DNA of 64,000 bases from Pseudomonadota bacterium (GTDB lineage: Bacteria; Bdellovibrionota_B; Oligoflexia; Silvanigrellales; Silvanigrellaceae), in NCBI GenBank assembly GCA_039799905.1, contig JBDLRP010000021.1:64001-128000 (forward strand). The letters are read 5' to 3'. Numbering within the stretch: the first letter of the stretch is position 1; each line of letters begins with the position of its first letter. The notes under the pieces are model-generated. The model did no database searches, had not been told where the DNA came from, and worked only from the letters and a program-made list of their open reading frames with translations. This document shows, piece by piece, positions 38,387-47,811 of this stretch. A program made the position numbers and the translations under genes.

Positions 38387-39358
38387 TTAAAGAAAGGATT
38401 CTCCGTCGCCGCCCAGCGAGGTTGCAGGCAAATCGTCTTCCGACAGATATGCCTCGGCTGTCGGAGTGAGTGTCGGGCGTTTCGGAGGCATCGCGACCGC
38501 AGGTGCATTGAAGACGTTGTCTTGTGCATCTTTCATCAACAAAGTTACCAACCGGCTGCGGATGACAACCTTGGGCACCCAGAACAGGTCCGAAAGATAC
38601 TGCACCATATTTGCGCGTGCGGGCACCTTGGTCAGCTCGGCGCGCAGCAGTTCCGAGGGAACCAGCAGGGCATTGGCCAAGTCAATGATTTCGGTCGTGG
38701 TTGTCTCGTCGGTGCGCGGTGGAAGCATGAATTGCTCGCGCTCGGACAAGAGAATAATACGTGCAATTTCACGGGCGATGGCGCAGCGAATATGCGAAGT
38801 CAGGTCGCCCTTGCGGTAGCGGATGACGTACTGCCCAGGTTTGACGCGGTTGCTGCGCGCCAGACGATCGGTCACCTCAGCTTGCACCAGTTGAATAAAA
38901 GGCAGGCCATTGAGAAGTTCCGGCAAAAAGACAGGAACACTCGCGACTCCCACACGGGAGGTGACCGAGTACGCAACCTGCTCCATGAGCAACTGACGAT
39001 CGCGCCGTTGTTTGGAGTAGGTGAGACCAGCCTGAGCCTTGCTTTGACGAGCTTCGTCTTCTGATTCACAGAAGTCGAACCAAGCTTCATCAAAGTCCAA
39101 CGAACCGCTGGCCACATCTTCAATGAGTTCAATGTCGACATCCAGCGCACGAGAGAGCGCTTCAAGTGCGAAAATACTGCGAACAGCCTTTTTTCCGCGC
39201 TTCCAGTGGCTCGTATCGCTTGGATTATAATCAAGGATATTACCCACATCCTGATCGTGTACTTTTCCGTCCTGTTTGCGTGCTTCAAGCACACGCAGAC
39301 AAAACTTAAACAAAACCGCAGATTGCGGAAACCTTTGAGCTTCGCTGGCTTTACGCAT
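38387..39358 (-). CDS. XRE-like HTH fused to a catalytically degenerate ImmA/IrrE-like domain
   Basis: DQDVGNILDYNPSDTSHWKRGKK HTH-like segment; RCAIAREIARIIL and LANALLVP match R..LAHELGH and AN.FA..LLMP positions. Confidence 0.6.
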   Translation of the reverse strand: MRKASEAQRFPQSAVLFKFCLRVLEARKQDGKVHDQDVGNILDYNPSDTSHWKRGKKAVRSIFALEALSRALDVDIELIEDVASGSLDFDEAWFDFCESEDEARQSKAQAGLTYSKQRRDRQLLMEQVAYSVTSRVGVASVPVFLPELLNGLPFIQLVQAEVTDRLARSNRVKPGQYVIRYRKGDLTSHIRCAIAREIARIILLSEREQFMLPPRTDETTTTEIIDLANALLVPSELLRAELTKVPARANMVQYLSDLFWVPKVVIRSRLVTLLMKDAQDNVFNAPAVAMPPKRPTLTPTAEAYLSEDDLPATSLGGDGESFL

Positions 39359-39454
39359 ATCGCGTCCCCTGAGCGCACTGTTCGTGATGTTTTTGTGTTC
39401 TGGGCAGAACATTACTCGTTTGCACTTTGAGGTGTCAACTTCAAAAATCGCCAT

Positions 39455-39483
39455 AAAAAAAAAGTCGCGCCTCTTGCGCGACT
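39455..39483 (-). terminator. Rho-independent terminator of dnaK
   Basis: Minus strand AGTCGCGC-aagag-GCGCGACT followed by a T-run. Confidence 0.85.
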
Positions 39484-39556
39484 CAGTAAAACCGGTTCCA
39501 TGCCCACATTCCGCAGGCAGATCCTCTGCCTGACGAAAAAGAGTTGTGGAAAATTA

Positions 39557-41461
39557 TCAGTTTGATTCAAATTCGGCGTCTACAACACCGTCCTTCTTGG
39601 CCCCGCCCGCGGCTCCTGCGCCGGAAGCAGCCCCAGCAGCATCAGGACCCTGCGCGGAGGAAGTTTTATACATTTCCTCGGCGAGCTTGTAGGCCTTCTG
39701 TTCAAGCGCCTGTGCAGCAGCATCCAATGCGGATTTGTTTTCAGACTCTGTCTCCAAAACCTTGCGCGCCGCTTGGATCTCCGACTCGAGGCCTGATTTC
39801 ATTTCTGCAGGAATTTTGCCTTCGTTGTCGCGAATGGTCTTTTCAACCTGAAACACAAGACCATCAAGCTTGTTGCGGGCGTCAATGCTTTCACGACGCT
39901 CTTTGTCTTGATTGGCGTGGACTTGTGCATCATCCACCATACGTTTGATTTCGGACTCAGACAGACCAGACGAACTCGTGACGGTGATCTTTTGCTCTTT
40001 GCCCGTTCCGAGATCCTTTGCAGAAACATTCAGAATACCGTTGGCATCAATGTCGAACGTCACTTCTACTTGCGGCACACCGCGCGGAGCGGGCGGAATC
40101 TCGCTCAGACTGAAGCGGCCCAGCAGACGGTTGTCACGGGCGATTTCACGCTCACCCTGATAAACTGCAATCTCAACGCTTGTCTGATTGTCTGCGGCAG
40201 TAGAAAAGATCTGGCTCGCACGCTTTGGAATCGTGCTGTTGCGCTCGACCAACTTGGTGAAAACACCACCCAGCGTTTCGATACCGAGGCTGAGCGGAGT
40301 GACGTCGAGAAGCAATACGTCTTTGACTTCACCACCCAAAACACCTGCCTGAACTGCAGCGCCAACGGCAACAACTTCATCCGGATTCACCGAACGGTTG
40401 GGTTCTTTGCGGAAGAATGCTTTGACCTTTTCTCCGACCAGCGGAATACGCGTCGAACCACCGACCATCACAACTTCGTCGACCTGTTCCACCGACAAGC
40501 CGGCATCACGCAGTGCCGCTCGGCATGGCTCGATGGTCTTCTCGATGATCTTGTCGACCATCTGCTCGAATTGAGGACGATTGAGCGTCACAGCCAAATG
40601 CTTCGGCCCCGAGGCGTCAGCTGTCAGGTATGGAAGATTGATGTCTACTTTTGTCGTTGAAGAAAGCTCGATCTTCGCCTTTTCCGCTGCTTCACGCAGG
40701 CGCTGCATCGCCATCGCATCTTTGGAGACGTCCATCGCAGTTTGTTTTTTGAATTCAGCAACCAACCAGTCAATGAGGCACTCGTCGATGTTGTCACCAC
40801 CCAAGTGTGTGTCACCATTTGTGGCGAGCACTTCGACGACATTGTCGCCCACTTCAAGAATAGAAACATCGAATGTACCGCCGCCGAAGTCGTAGACGGC
40901 GATCTTTTGGTTGTGCTTTTTGTCGAGTCCGTAAGCCAAGGCTGCCGCCGTAGGCTCGTTGATGATGCGCAGAACTTCGAGTCCAGCAATTCTACCGGCA
41001 TCTTTGGTCGCCTGACGCTGGGAGTCGTTGAAGTAGGCGGGAACAGTAATGACCGCCTGAGTCACAGTTTGACCAAGGTAGGCCTCGGCCGAAGCTTTCA
41101 GCTTGCCAAGCACTTTTGCTGAAATTTCAGGCGGAGCCATCTCTTTGCCGCCCAATTCAAACAGGACTTTATCTCCACCGCCTTGTTTCACAGTGTAAGG
41201 CATCTTGGAAGCCTCATCCTTACGCTCGGTGAAATGCAAACCAATGAAGCGTTTTGCAGAGTAAACCGTGTTTTTAGGGTTGGTCACGGCTTGATTGCGG
41301 GCAGCACGTCCAACGATGAACTCTCCGTCGCGGGTGTAACCGACAACCGACGGAGTTGTGCGGTCACCTTCCTGATTGGGAATCACCTTCGGTGTTCCAT
41401 TTTCCATGACTGCAACAACCGAGTTGGTGGTTCCAAGGTCAATACCAATGATCTTTCCCAT
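39557..41461 (-). CDS. dnaK: Molecular chaperone DnaK
   Basis: [36 protein letters not shown]-terminal VVDAEFE. Confidence 0.98.
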   Translation of the reverse strand: MGKIIGIDLGTTNSVVAVMENGTPKVIPNQEGDRTTPSVVGYTRDGEFIVGRAARNQAVTNPKNTVYSAKRFIGLHFTERKDEASKMPYTVKQGGGDKVLFELGGKEMAPPEISAKVLGKLKASAEAYLGQTVTQAVITVPAYFNDSQRQATKDAGRIAGLEVLRIINEPTAAALAYGLDKKHNQKIAVYDFGGGTFDVSILEVGDNVVEVLATNGDTHLGGDNIDECLIDWLVAEFKKQTAMDVSKDAMAMQRLREAAEKAKIELSSTTKVDINLPYLTADASGPKHLAVTLNRPQFEQMVDKIIEKTIEPCRAALRDAGLSVEQVDEVVMVGGSTRIPLVGEKVKAFFRKEPNRSVNPDEVVAVGAAVQAGVLGGEVKDVLLLDVTPLSLGIETLGGVFTKLVERNSTIPKRASQIFSTAADNQTSVEIAVYQGEREIARDNRLLGRFSLSEIPPAPRGVPQVEVTFDIDANGILNVSAKDLGTGKEQKITVTSSSGLSESEIKRMVDDAQVHANQDKERRESIDARNKLDGLVFQVEKTIRDNEGKIPAEMKSGLESEIQAARKVLETESENKSALDAAAQALEQKAYKLAEEMYKTSSAQGPDAAGAASGAGAAGGAKKDGVVDAEFESN

Positions 41462-41549
41462 TGCTGCCATCCTCCAAGCCAAGGGCTACGTCTCTCAAAT
41501 AACTCACAAATTTCGCGACCCTCTTAACATCAGGCTGGGTCTGCGCAGG

Positions 41550-41577
41550 AACATAATCTTGGTTGGAAGGCTGTCAA
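41550..41577 (-). promoter_or_regulatory. Putative sigma70 promoter of dnaK
   Basis: Minus strand TTGACA-16-TATGTT. Confidence 0.55.
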
Positions 41578-41671
41578 CCCACGCATTATAATTTGATTTG
41601 CCGACAGCACGGGGTTAGATCAACCCATCCGCAGTCGTTGGAATTTTCCTGACTGGCATTCAGAGGATAGA

Positions 41672-42292
41672 ATGGAACCGCTCTCATGGCTCGTCTCTTT
41701 TTTCACTGACTATGGCTACTGGGCTGTTTTCGGTGTCTTGATCGCCTGCGGTTTCGGGCTACCCATCCCCGAAGACATCTCGCTGGTTGCCGGCGGAATC
41801 ATCTCTGGTCTTCACTACACCCACGTCCACACTATGTTTGCAGTCGGCATGGCGGGAGTTCTGATCGGTGACGGAATTGTTTTCAGTCTGGGCCGCCTGC
41901 TCGGGCAACGCGTCTTCTCGCTTCCGCTCATCCGCCGCGTGATGACGAACGAAAGGTACGCACTCGTTCAGGAAAAATTTGCCAAGTACGGCAATTGGGT
42001 GGTCTTTGCTGCACGCTTCATGCCAGGCCTGCGCACTCCTATTTTTCTGACCGCAGGTGCGACCCGACAAGTGAGCTTTCTGCGCTTTCTCGCACTGGAT
42101 GGTTTTGCGGCGCTGATCAGTGTCCCGATTTGGGTTTATCTTGGATACCTCGGAGCTAACAATCGCGAATGGCTCATGCAAATGGTCAAACGTGGTCAGG
42201 CGGCCACTCTTGCGATACTCGCCGTGTTCGTTGTCGCAGTGGTTCTCTTCTTTTACCTTCGCAAACGGAATCGAAAACAATGGCAAGCATGA
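41672..42292 (+). CDS. DedA family membrane protein
   Basis: G.PIPED..L..GG, GD...F.LGR, ARFMPGLR, AG. Confidence 0.93.
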   Translation: MEPLSWLVSFFTDYGYWAVFGVLIACGFGLPIPEDISLVAGGIISGLHYTHVHTMFAVGMAGVLIGDGIVFSLGRLLGQRVFSLPLIRRVMTNERYALVQEKFAKYGNWVVFAARFMPGLRTPIFLTAGATRQVSFLRFLALDGFAALISVPIWVYLGYLGANNREWLMQMVKRGQAATLAILAVFVVAVVLFFYLRKRNRKQWQA

Positions 42293-42927
42293 AACTGGAA
42301 GATGCTATCCTCACCTATTGCGGCTTCTTGGTCGCAATTACGATGCGTGAAGCAGCGCATGCGATCGTTGCGCGCAAGCTCGGGGATCGTTCTCTGGAAA
42401 CAGAGTCGAGAGCCACACTCAATCCCGTTCCCCACATTGACGTTCTCGGAACAATTGTTCTGCCACTGGTGTTTTTGCTCAGCGGAACTCCCTTCCTGCT
42501 CGGTTGGGCAAAGCCGCTGATGATAGACACCCGCTACTTCAAAAAAATGCGGCGTGACATCAACATCGCCGAAATCGCCGGTCCGGCCACCAACTTCGGA
42601 ATTGCGATTCTCTGTGGTGTCATCGCCATTGCCTCGGGCTACAAAATTCAAATGATGTGGGCGGGCAGTGACCCGGTTCCACGCCTGCTGCTTGCGATTG
42701 CGCAGTCGAACATCGTTATTGGCCTTTTGAATCTGCTTCCCTTTCCAAACTCAAGCGGCTGGCGATTGCTTCTCAATAACATCAACTACAATCTCGGCCA
42801 GAAACTCAACGAGAAGGCAACCATTATCAGCATCGTGATGCTTGTCCTTCTTTTGACAGGTATTCTGAGCCCAATTTTTATGAGTGCTATAGGAATATAT
42901 CTGTACGTCCTCCAGATGTTTGCGTGA
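42289..42927 (+). CDS. Site-2 protease (M50) homolog with lost zinc ligands
   Basis: LGD.......TLNP..HID..GT, GWAKP, AGP.TN and NLLP.P are present. HExxH reads REAAH and PLDG reads NSSG. Confidence 0.85.
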   Translation: MKLEDAILTYCGFLVAITMREAAHAIVARKLGDRSLETESRATLNPVPHIDVLGTIVLPLVFLLSGTPFLLGWAKPLMIDTRYFKKMRRDINIAEIAGPATNFGIAILCGVIAIASGYKIQMMWAGSDPVPRLLLAIAQSNIVIGLLNLLPFPNSSGWRLLLNNINYNLGQKLNEKATIISIVMLVLLLTGILSPIFMSAIGIYLYVLQMFA

Positions 42928-42957
42928 GAGGACGTCCACTCTCCGCGAGGCCGCCAG

Positions 42958-44013
42958 ATGAAAAACGCCACGTACCACCTCTACTCGCATGCCGATGCGG
43001 ATGGTGGAATCGCCTCCGCAATCTTTATCCGCTTTCTTCGCCATCTCTCGGGCAACAGCGAGCTGCCGGTTGTCATTCATCCCGTCAACCATGGGCCAGA
43101 GCAACCGGAATGGACACAGACAGACCTCAAGTACCCATGTGCGATTTTGGATTTCTCGCTTCATCCAGCCTTGTTGACCGATAAATTCTTCACATCTGCA
43201 GATGGTAAATCGCGCGAGGACCGCAACCTGCCCTGCTTTTGGATTGACCATCATCCGACTGGCAGCGGCATGCCGTTTCTCACAACCGAAAATTGCGACC
43301 AATTTCTGACCAACATCACTTCACTGTGGGATGTCCAAGCAATCAGCACTCCCGGATTGCTGCGCACGCACCATCAAACTCTGGGTATTCCGCGAAGTCT
43401 GATTGAAGAATACGAAGAACTCATCGATCAGGCAGAAATTATTGATGGTGCGCTTTTCGCCAACGCGCAGTCTGCCCATGACTTTTCGAGCGATGCAGTG
43501 AAGCTGCAGACTCTCTTCAGTACCAATCACAAGTCCATCGACAAAACTGCGTTCTACAGGCAACTGGTCAACCAACTTGTAATTTCTCCCAGCATTGATG
43601 ACTTGATGCGCTCTGACCCACTTCTTTGCGCGCTCGTTGAATTCGAGCAAACGCTTGTTTTGCAACAACGACGACTCTACGAAGAGAAAACGACTGTTGA
43701 GAAAAATGTATCACTGAGTCACTTTTTCGACTGGTCCGAGAATAAATCATTCCCTGGTCTGGGAAGATTCATTCCCTATCTGCTCTTTCCCGAAATTCAG
43801 TACGCAGTGCATGTGCAGCCCGCGAAGAACGGTGTCGCTTCAGTGTCGTGCGGAATCAATCCCTGGAACAAGCCAAAATCTGGCGACAAGCATCTTGGCA
43901 ATTACTTTGCAACCCACTTCGGCGGCGGCGGTCATGCTTTTGTTGCCGGTGGCAGGATAACCTCACGAGAAATCCATAAAATCGACGAACTTGTACATTT
44001 TCTCAAAAACTGA
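42958..44013 (+). CDS. DHH family phosphoesterase
   Basis: H.DADG, LDFS, IDHH, GGGGH..V.G. Confidence 0.82.
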   Translation: MKNATYHLYSHADADGGIASAIFIRFLRHLSGNSELPVVIHPVNHGPEQPEWTQTDLKYPCAILDFSLHPALLTDKFFTSADGKSREDRNLPCFWIDHHPTGSGMPFLTTENCDQFLTNITSLWDVQAISTPGLLRTHHQTLGIPRSLIEEYEELIDQAEIIDGALFANAQSAHDFSSDAVKLQTLFSTNHKSIDKTAFYRQLVNQLVISPSIDDLMRSDPLLCALVEFEQTLVLQQRRLYEEKTTVEKNVSLSHFFDWSENKSFPGLGRFIPYLLFPEIQYAVHVQPAKNGVASVSCGINPWNKPKSGDKHLGNYFATHFGGGGHAFVAGGRITSREIHKIDELVHFLKN

Positions 44014-44080
44014 TCGTGTTGTTACCTTGAGCAAGTATCGATAAGCTTTCGGGGTCCACCCAACCAACTGTGAGGACTCC

Positions 44081-46453
44081 ATGGAACAGGCTTTTCATTT
44101 TAAAAAAGTGGCGGTACTCGGCGCCGGTGTGATGGGAGCCCAGATTGCCGCCCATCTTGCCAATGCCAACGTCGAAGTTGTCCTTTTTGATCTTCCAGCA
44201 AAGGAAGGCGATAAAAACGGAATCGTGCAAAAGTCGCTTGCCAACCTGCAGAAATTGGAACCGACGCCGTTTTCAGTCAAAAGCAAGGCCAATGACATTC
44301 AGGCTGCCAACTATGAAACGGATCTCACACGCCTGCAGAGTTGCGACCTCATCATTGAAGCTATTTCAGAGCGCATGGACTGGAAGGCAGACCTTTATAA
44401 AAAAGTTGGTCCACATATCTCCGAGAAAGCAATCTTTGCAACCAATACATCGGGATTGAGTCTTAAGGCACTTTGCGAGCATCTTCCGAGTCAGCTGCGC
44501 CCGCGTTTTTGCGGCGTGCATTTCTTCAATCCGCCGCGCTACATGGCGCTGGTGGAAATCATCCCCGCTCCAACCACAAACGCTGAAGCGATGGACCAGC
44601 TGGAAGCTTTTCTCACCACGACTTTGGGCAAGAGCGTCGTGCGCGCAAAAGACACTCCCAATTTCATCGCCAACCGCATCGGTGTGTTTTCGATGCTGGC
44701 GACTCTTCACCACGCCAGCAAATTCAAACTCGGATGCGATGAAGTCGACGCACTCACAGGCCCTGTAATCGGCCGTGCCAAAAGTGCAACCTACCGCACA
44801 GCCGACGTGGTCGGTCTGGACACATTTGCACACGTCGTGAAGACCATGTCCGACACTCTTCCAGATGATCCCTGGCGGGAAATTTTTGTTTTGCCTGACT
44901 GGGTCAAAGCACTGATTGAAAAAGGTGCGCACGGACAAAAAACCGGAGCCGGCGTCTACAAGAAGGTAGGCAAGGAAATCATGGTTTTTGATTCCGTCAA
45001 AGGCGACTACCGACCTTCTGCTGGAAGCGTGGCCTCGGAGGTTGAAGCAGTCCTGAAAATCAAAAATCCGGCTGAGAAAATGCAAAAGCTGCGCGAATGC
45101 CAGCATCCTCAGGCGCAATTCCTGTGGGCGATTTTCAGAGATCTTTTCCACTACTGCGCTGTCCAGTCGGAGAACATCTGCCATAACCTCCGCGATCTTG
45201 ATTTTGCGGTGCGCTGGGGCTTCGGTTGGAGCGCAGGACCATTTGAGAGCTGGCAGGCATCAGGCTGGCAGAACGTTGCAAACTGGATTCAAGAGGACAT
45301 CAAAGCAGGAAAAACAATCGCGCAAGCAGCCCTTCCCGCATGGTCTCTGGAAAGTTCACGCACAGGCGTGCACAGCAACGAGGGGTCCTATTCCCCGAGC
45401 CAGAAAGCTGTCGCAGCACGTCCCAAAAACGCACTGCACGCACGACAGATTTTTCCAGAAAAACTCATCGGCGAAACCACTGAGTTCGGCAAAACTTTGT
45501 GGGAAAATGACGGCGTCCGGCTGTGGACGACCGGCGACGACATCGGAATCTTGTCTTTCAAGAGCAAGATGCACGCAATAGGTCAGGAAGTTCTCGACGG
45601 AGTCATCAAGTCGGTGGCCTATTCTGAACAGAACCTCAAGGCGATGGTTCTCTGGCAGACGGAACAACCTTTCAGCGCAGGAGCCAATCTGGCGCAGGTG
45701 AGCGGACTTCTTGCAGCAAAGAACTACACCGCGGCTGAGGCCATGGTAAAAACCTTTCAGGATGCTTCGCAGGCTCTCAAGTACTCGATGGTGCCGACCG
45801 TCGCGGCAGTGAGCGGACTCGCCTTGGGCGGCGGCTGTGAATTTGTCATGCATTCCGCGAAGGCTGTCGTCGCACTAGAAACGTATATGGGACTCGTTGA
45901 AGCAGGAGTCGGTTTGATTCCCGCTGGCGGCGGCTGCAAAGAACTCGCATTGCGTGCCGCTCAATCTGCGCGCGGCGGAAACATTTTTCATTTCGTAAAA
46001 ATGGCTTTCGAAACAATCGCCATGGCTCAGGTCTCGCGCAGTGGAGAACACGCGCGCGAGCTTGGACTGCTGCGACCAACCGACATGATTGTCTTCAACC
46101 CAAATGAGTTGCTTTACATTGCCAAACAGCAGGCTGCCGCAATGGCTCAATCGGGGTACCGTCCGCCGCTCCGCCCGCGCGACATTCAAGTGACGGGCAA
46201 GGGCGGAATTGCTACGCTCAAAATGATTATCGCCAACATGCTCGAAGGCAAGTTTATCAGCGAACACGATGCCGCAATCGCCGAACGCACCGCGACAGTC
46301 CTGTGCGGCGGTCATGTGGAAGGTGGTTCACTTGTCAGTGAAGACTGGCTGCTTGAACTTGAGCGCAGTTTGTTTGTTGAATTACTCAAAACTGAAAAAA
46401 CTCAGGCCCGCATCGACTATATGTTGAAAAACGGAAAACCACTGCGCAATTAA
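44081..46453 (+). CDS. 3-hydroxyacyl-CoA dehydrogenase / enoyl-CoA hydratase (FadN-type)
   Basis: GAGVMG, NTSG, HFFNPPRY, DTPNFIANR, FSAGANL, ALGGGCE, GLVE.GVG. Confidence 0.93.
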   Translation: MEQAFHFKKVAVLGAGVMGAQIAAHLANANVEVVLFDLPAKEGDKNGIVQKSLANLQKLEPTPFSVKSKANDIQAANYETDLTRLQSCDLIIEAISERMDWKADLYKKVGPHISEKAIFATNTSGLSLKALCEHLPSQLRPRFCGVHFFNPPRYMALVEIIPAPTTNAEAMDQLEAFLTTTLGKSVVRAKDTPNFIANRIGVFSMLATLHHASKFKLGCDEVDALTGPVIGRAKSATYRTADVVGLDTFAHVVKTMSDTLPDDPWREIFVLPDWVKALIEKGAHGQKTGAGVYKKVGKEIMVFDSVKGDYRPSAGSVASEVEAVLKIKNPAEKMQKLRECQHPQAQFLWAIFRDLFHYCAVQSENICHNLRDLDFAVRWGFGWSAGPFESWQASGWQNVANWIQEDIKAGKTIAQAALPAWSLESSRTGVHSNEGSYSPSQKAVAARPKNALHARQIFPEKLIGETTEFGKTLWENDGVRLWTTGDDIGILSFKSKMHAIGQEVLDGVIKSVAYSEQNLKAMVLWQTEQPFSAGANLAQVSGLLAAKNYTAAEAMVKTFQDASQALKYSMVPTVAAVSGLALGGGCEFVMHSAKAVVALETYMGLVEAGVGLIPAGGGCKELALRAAQSARGGNIFHFVKMAFETIAMAQVSRSGEHARELGLLRPTDMIVFNPNELLYIAKQQAAAMAQSGYRPPLRPRDIQVTGKGGIATLKMIIANMLEGKFISEHDAAIAERTATVLCGGHVEGGSLVSEDWLLELERSLFVELLKTEKTQARIDYMLKNGKPLRN

Positions 46454-46486
46454 ACCGAGTTTCTGCAAAGGAAGGATGAACCCGTC

Positions 46487-47686
46487 ATGACAGTTAAAAC
46501 TCGCGACGCTTATATTGTCTCAGCTCTGCGCACTCCGGTCGGCAAAGCACCACGCGGTGCGCTGCGCAACACGCGTCCGGATGACCTGCTCGCGCTTGTC
46601 CTGAAATCGGTTGCCGGCTCGGTTGCCGGACTCAACCTGAATGAGATCGGCGACGTCGTCGTCGGATGCGCAATGCCCGAAGCAGAACAAGGTATGAACG
46701 TCGCCCGCATTGGCCTCCTGCTGGCAGGACTTCCAAACACAGTCCCTGGAATCACCGTCAACAGATTTTGTTCGTCAGGACTTCAGGCCATTGCCTATGC
46801 AGCAGATAAGATCCGCTTGGGTGAAGCTGATGTGATGATCGCAGCCGGCACCGAAAGTATGAGCCTCATCCCAATGATGGGCCACAAGGTTGTGATGAAT
46901 CCCAAAGTCTTTGAGAACAACGAAAACCTTGGCATCGCATATGGTATGGGCATCACCGCCGAGCGTGTTGCCAGCCAATGGAAGGTGACCCGCGAAGCGC
47001 AGGACGCCTTTGCACTTGAAAGTCACCGCCGCGCCGTCGCTGCATGGCAGGCAGGCGAGTTTGCAAACGAGATCGTGCCTGTGGATGTTGAAGAAAGCCT
47101 GCTTGACGCAAGTGGCATGAAAATCAAAACGAGCCGCACAACACTCAGCAAAGACGAAGGACCGCGCGCAGAGTCAACTCTTGAATCTTTGGCGAAACTC
47201 AAACCCGTCTTTTCTGCTCAGGGCAGCGTCACGGCGGGCAACAGTTCACAGATGTCCGACGGAGCCGCGGCTGTGTTGTTGATGAGTGAGGAGGCTGTCA
47301 AACGCTACAATGTTCAACCGATGGCGCGATTTGTTTCTTATGCAATTGCCGGAGTGCCGCCCGACATCATGGGAATCGGCCCCAAAGAGGCAATTCCGCG
47401 CGCGCTGAAAATGGCAGGTTTGACTCAAAATCAGATGGACTGGATCGAACTCAACGAGGCCTTCGCTGCGCAGAGCCTAGCGGTCATCAATGACCTCGGG
47501 TTGGATCCTGCTAAGGTCAATCCGCTCGGTGGCGCCATCGCATTGGGTCACCCGCTGGGAGCGACGGGTGCAATTCGAATGGCGACTCTGGCTCACGGCC
47601 TGCGCAGACGACAGCAAAAATACGGCATGATCACGATGTGCATCGGCACAGGGATGGGTGCCGCCGGAATCTTCGAATCGCTTTGA
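46487..47686 (+). CDS. fadA: Acetyl-CoA C-acyltransferase (3-ketoacyl-CoA thiolase)
   Basis: NRFCSSG, NEAFA, GHPLGATG, MCIG.GMG. Confidence 0.93.
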   Translation: MTVKTRDAYIVSALRTPVGKAPRGALRNTRPDDLLALVLKSVAGSVAGLNLNEIGDVVVGCAMPEAEQGMNVARIGLLLAGLPNTVPGITVNRFCSSGLQAIAYAADKIRLGEADVMIAAGTESMSLIPMMGHKVVMNPKVFENNENLGIAYGMGITAERVASQWKVTREAQDAFALESHRRAVAAWQAGEFANEIVPVDVEESLLDASGMKIKTSRTTLSKDEGPRAESTLESLAKLKPVFSAQGSVTAGNSSQMSDGAAAVLLMSEEAVKRYNVQPMARFVSYAIAGVPPDIMGIGPKEAIPRALKMAGLTQNQMDWIELNEAFAAQSLAVINDLGLDPAKVNPLGGAIALGHPLGATGAIRMATLAHGLRRRQQKYGMITMCIGTGMGAAGIFESL

Positions 47687-47811
47687 TTCTTGCATTACGG
47701 ACAGGCAACCCAAGAACACTTGGCAACTGCAAAACACCGTTTATATTGTCAAACAGCGCCCTGCTGCGGTCGAATTCGGCAGGGCAGCACTCTTTATGAG
47801 GTAAAGACAAA

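Noticed and set aside
41462..41671. CIRCE/HrcA operator upstream of dnaK
   Set aside because: No TTAGCACTC-N9-GAGTGCTAA on either strand.
38750..42360. All three His-to-Arg changes in the dead HExxH motifs use CGT, suggesting CGT might be recoded or edited to His
   Set aside because: CGT encodes conserved Arg elsewhere, for example in the helicase PTRELA motif (ccg acg cgt gaa). The S2P homolog has also independently lost its Asp ligand.
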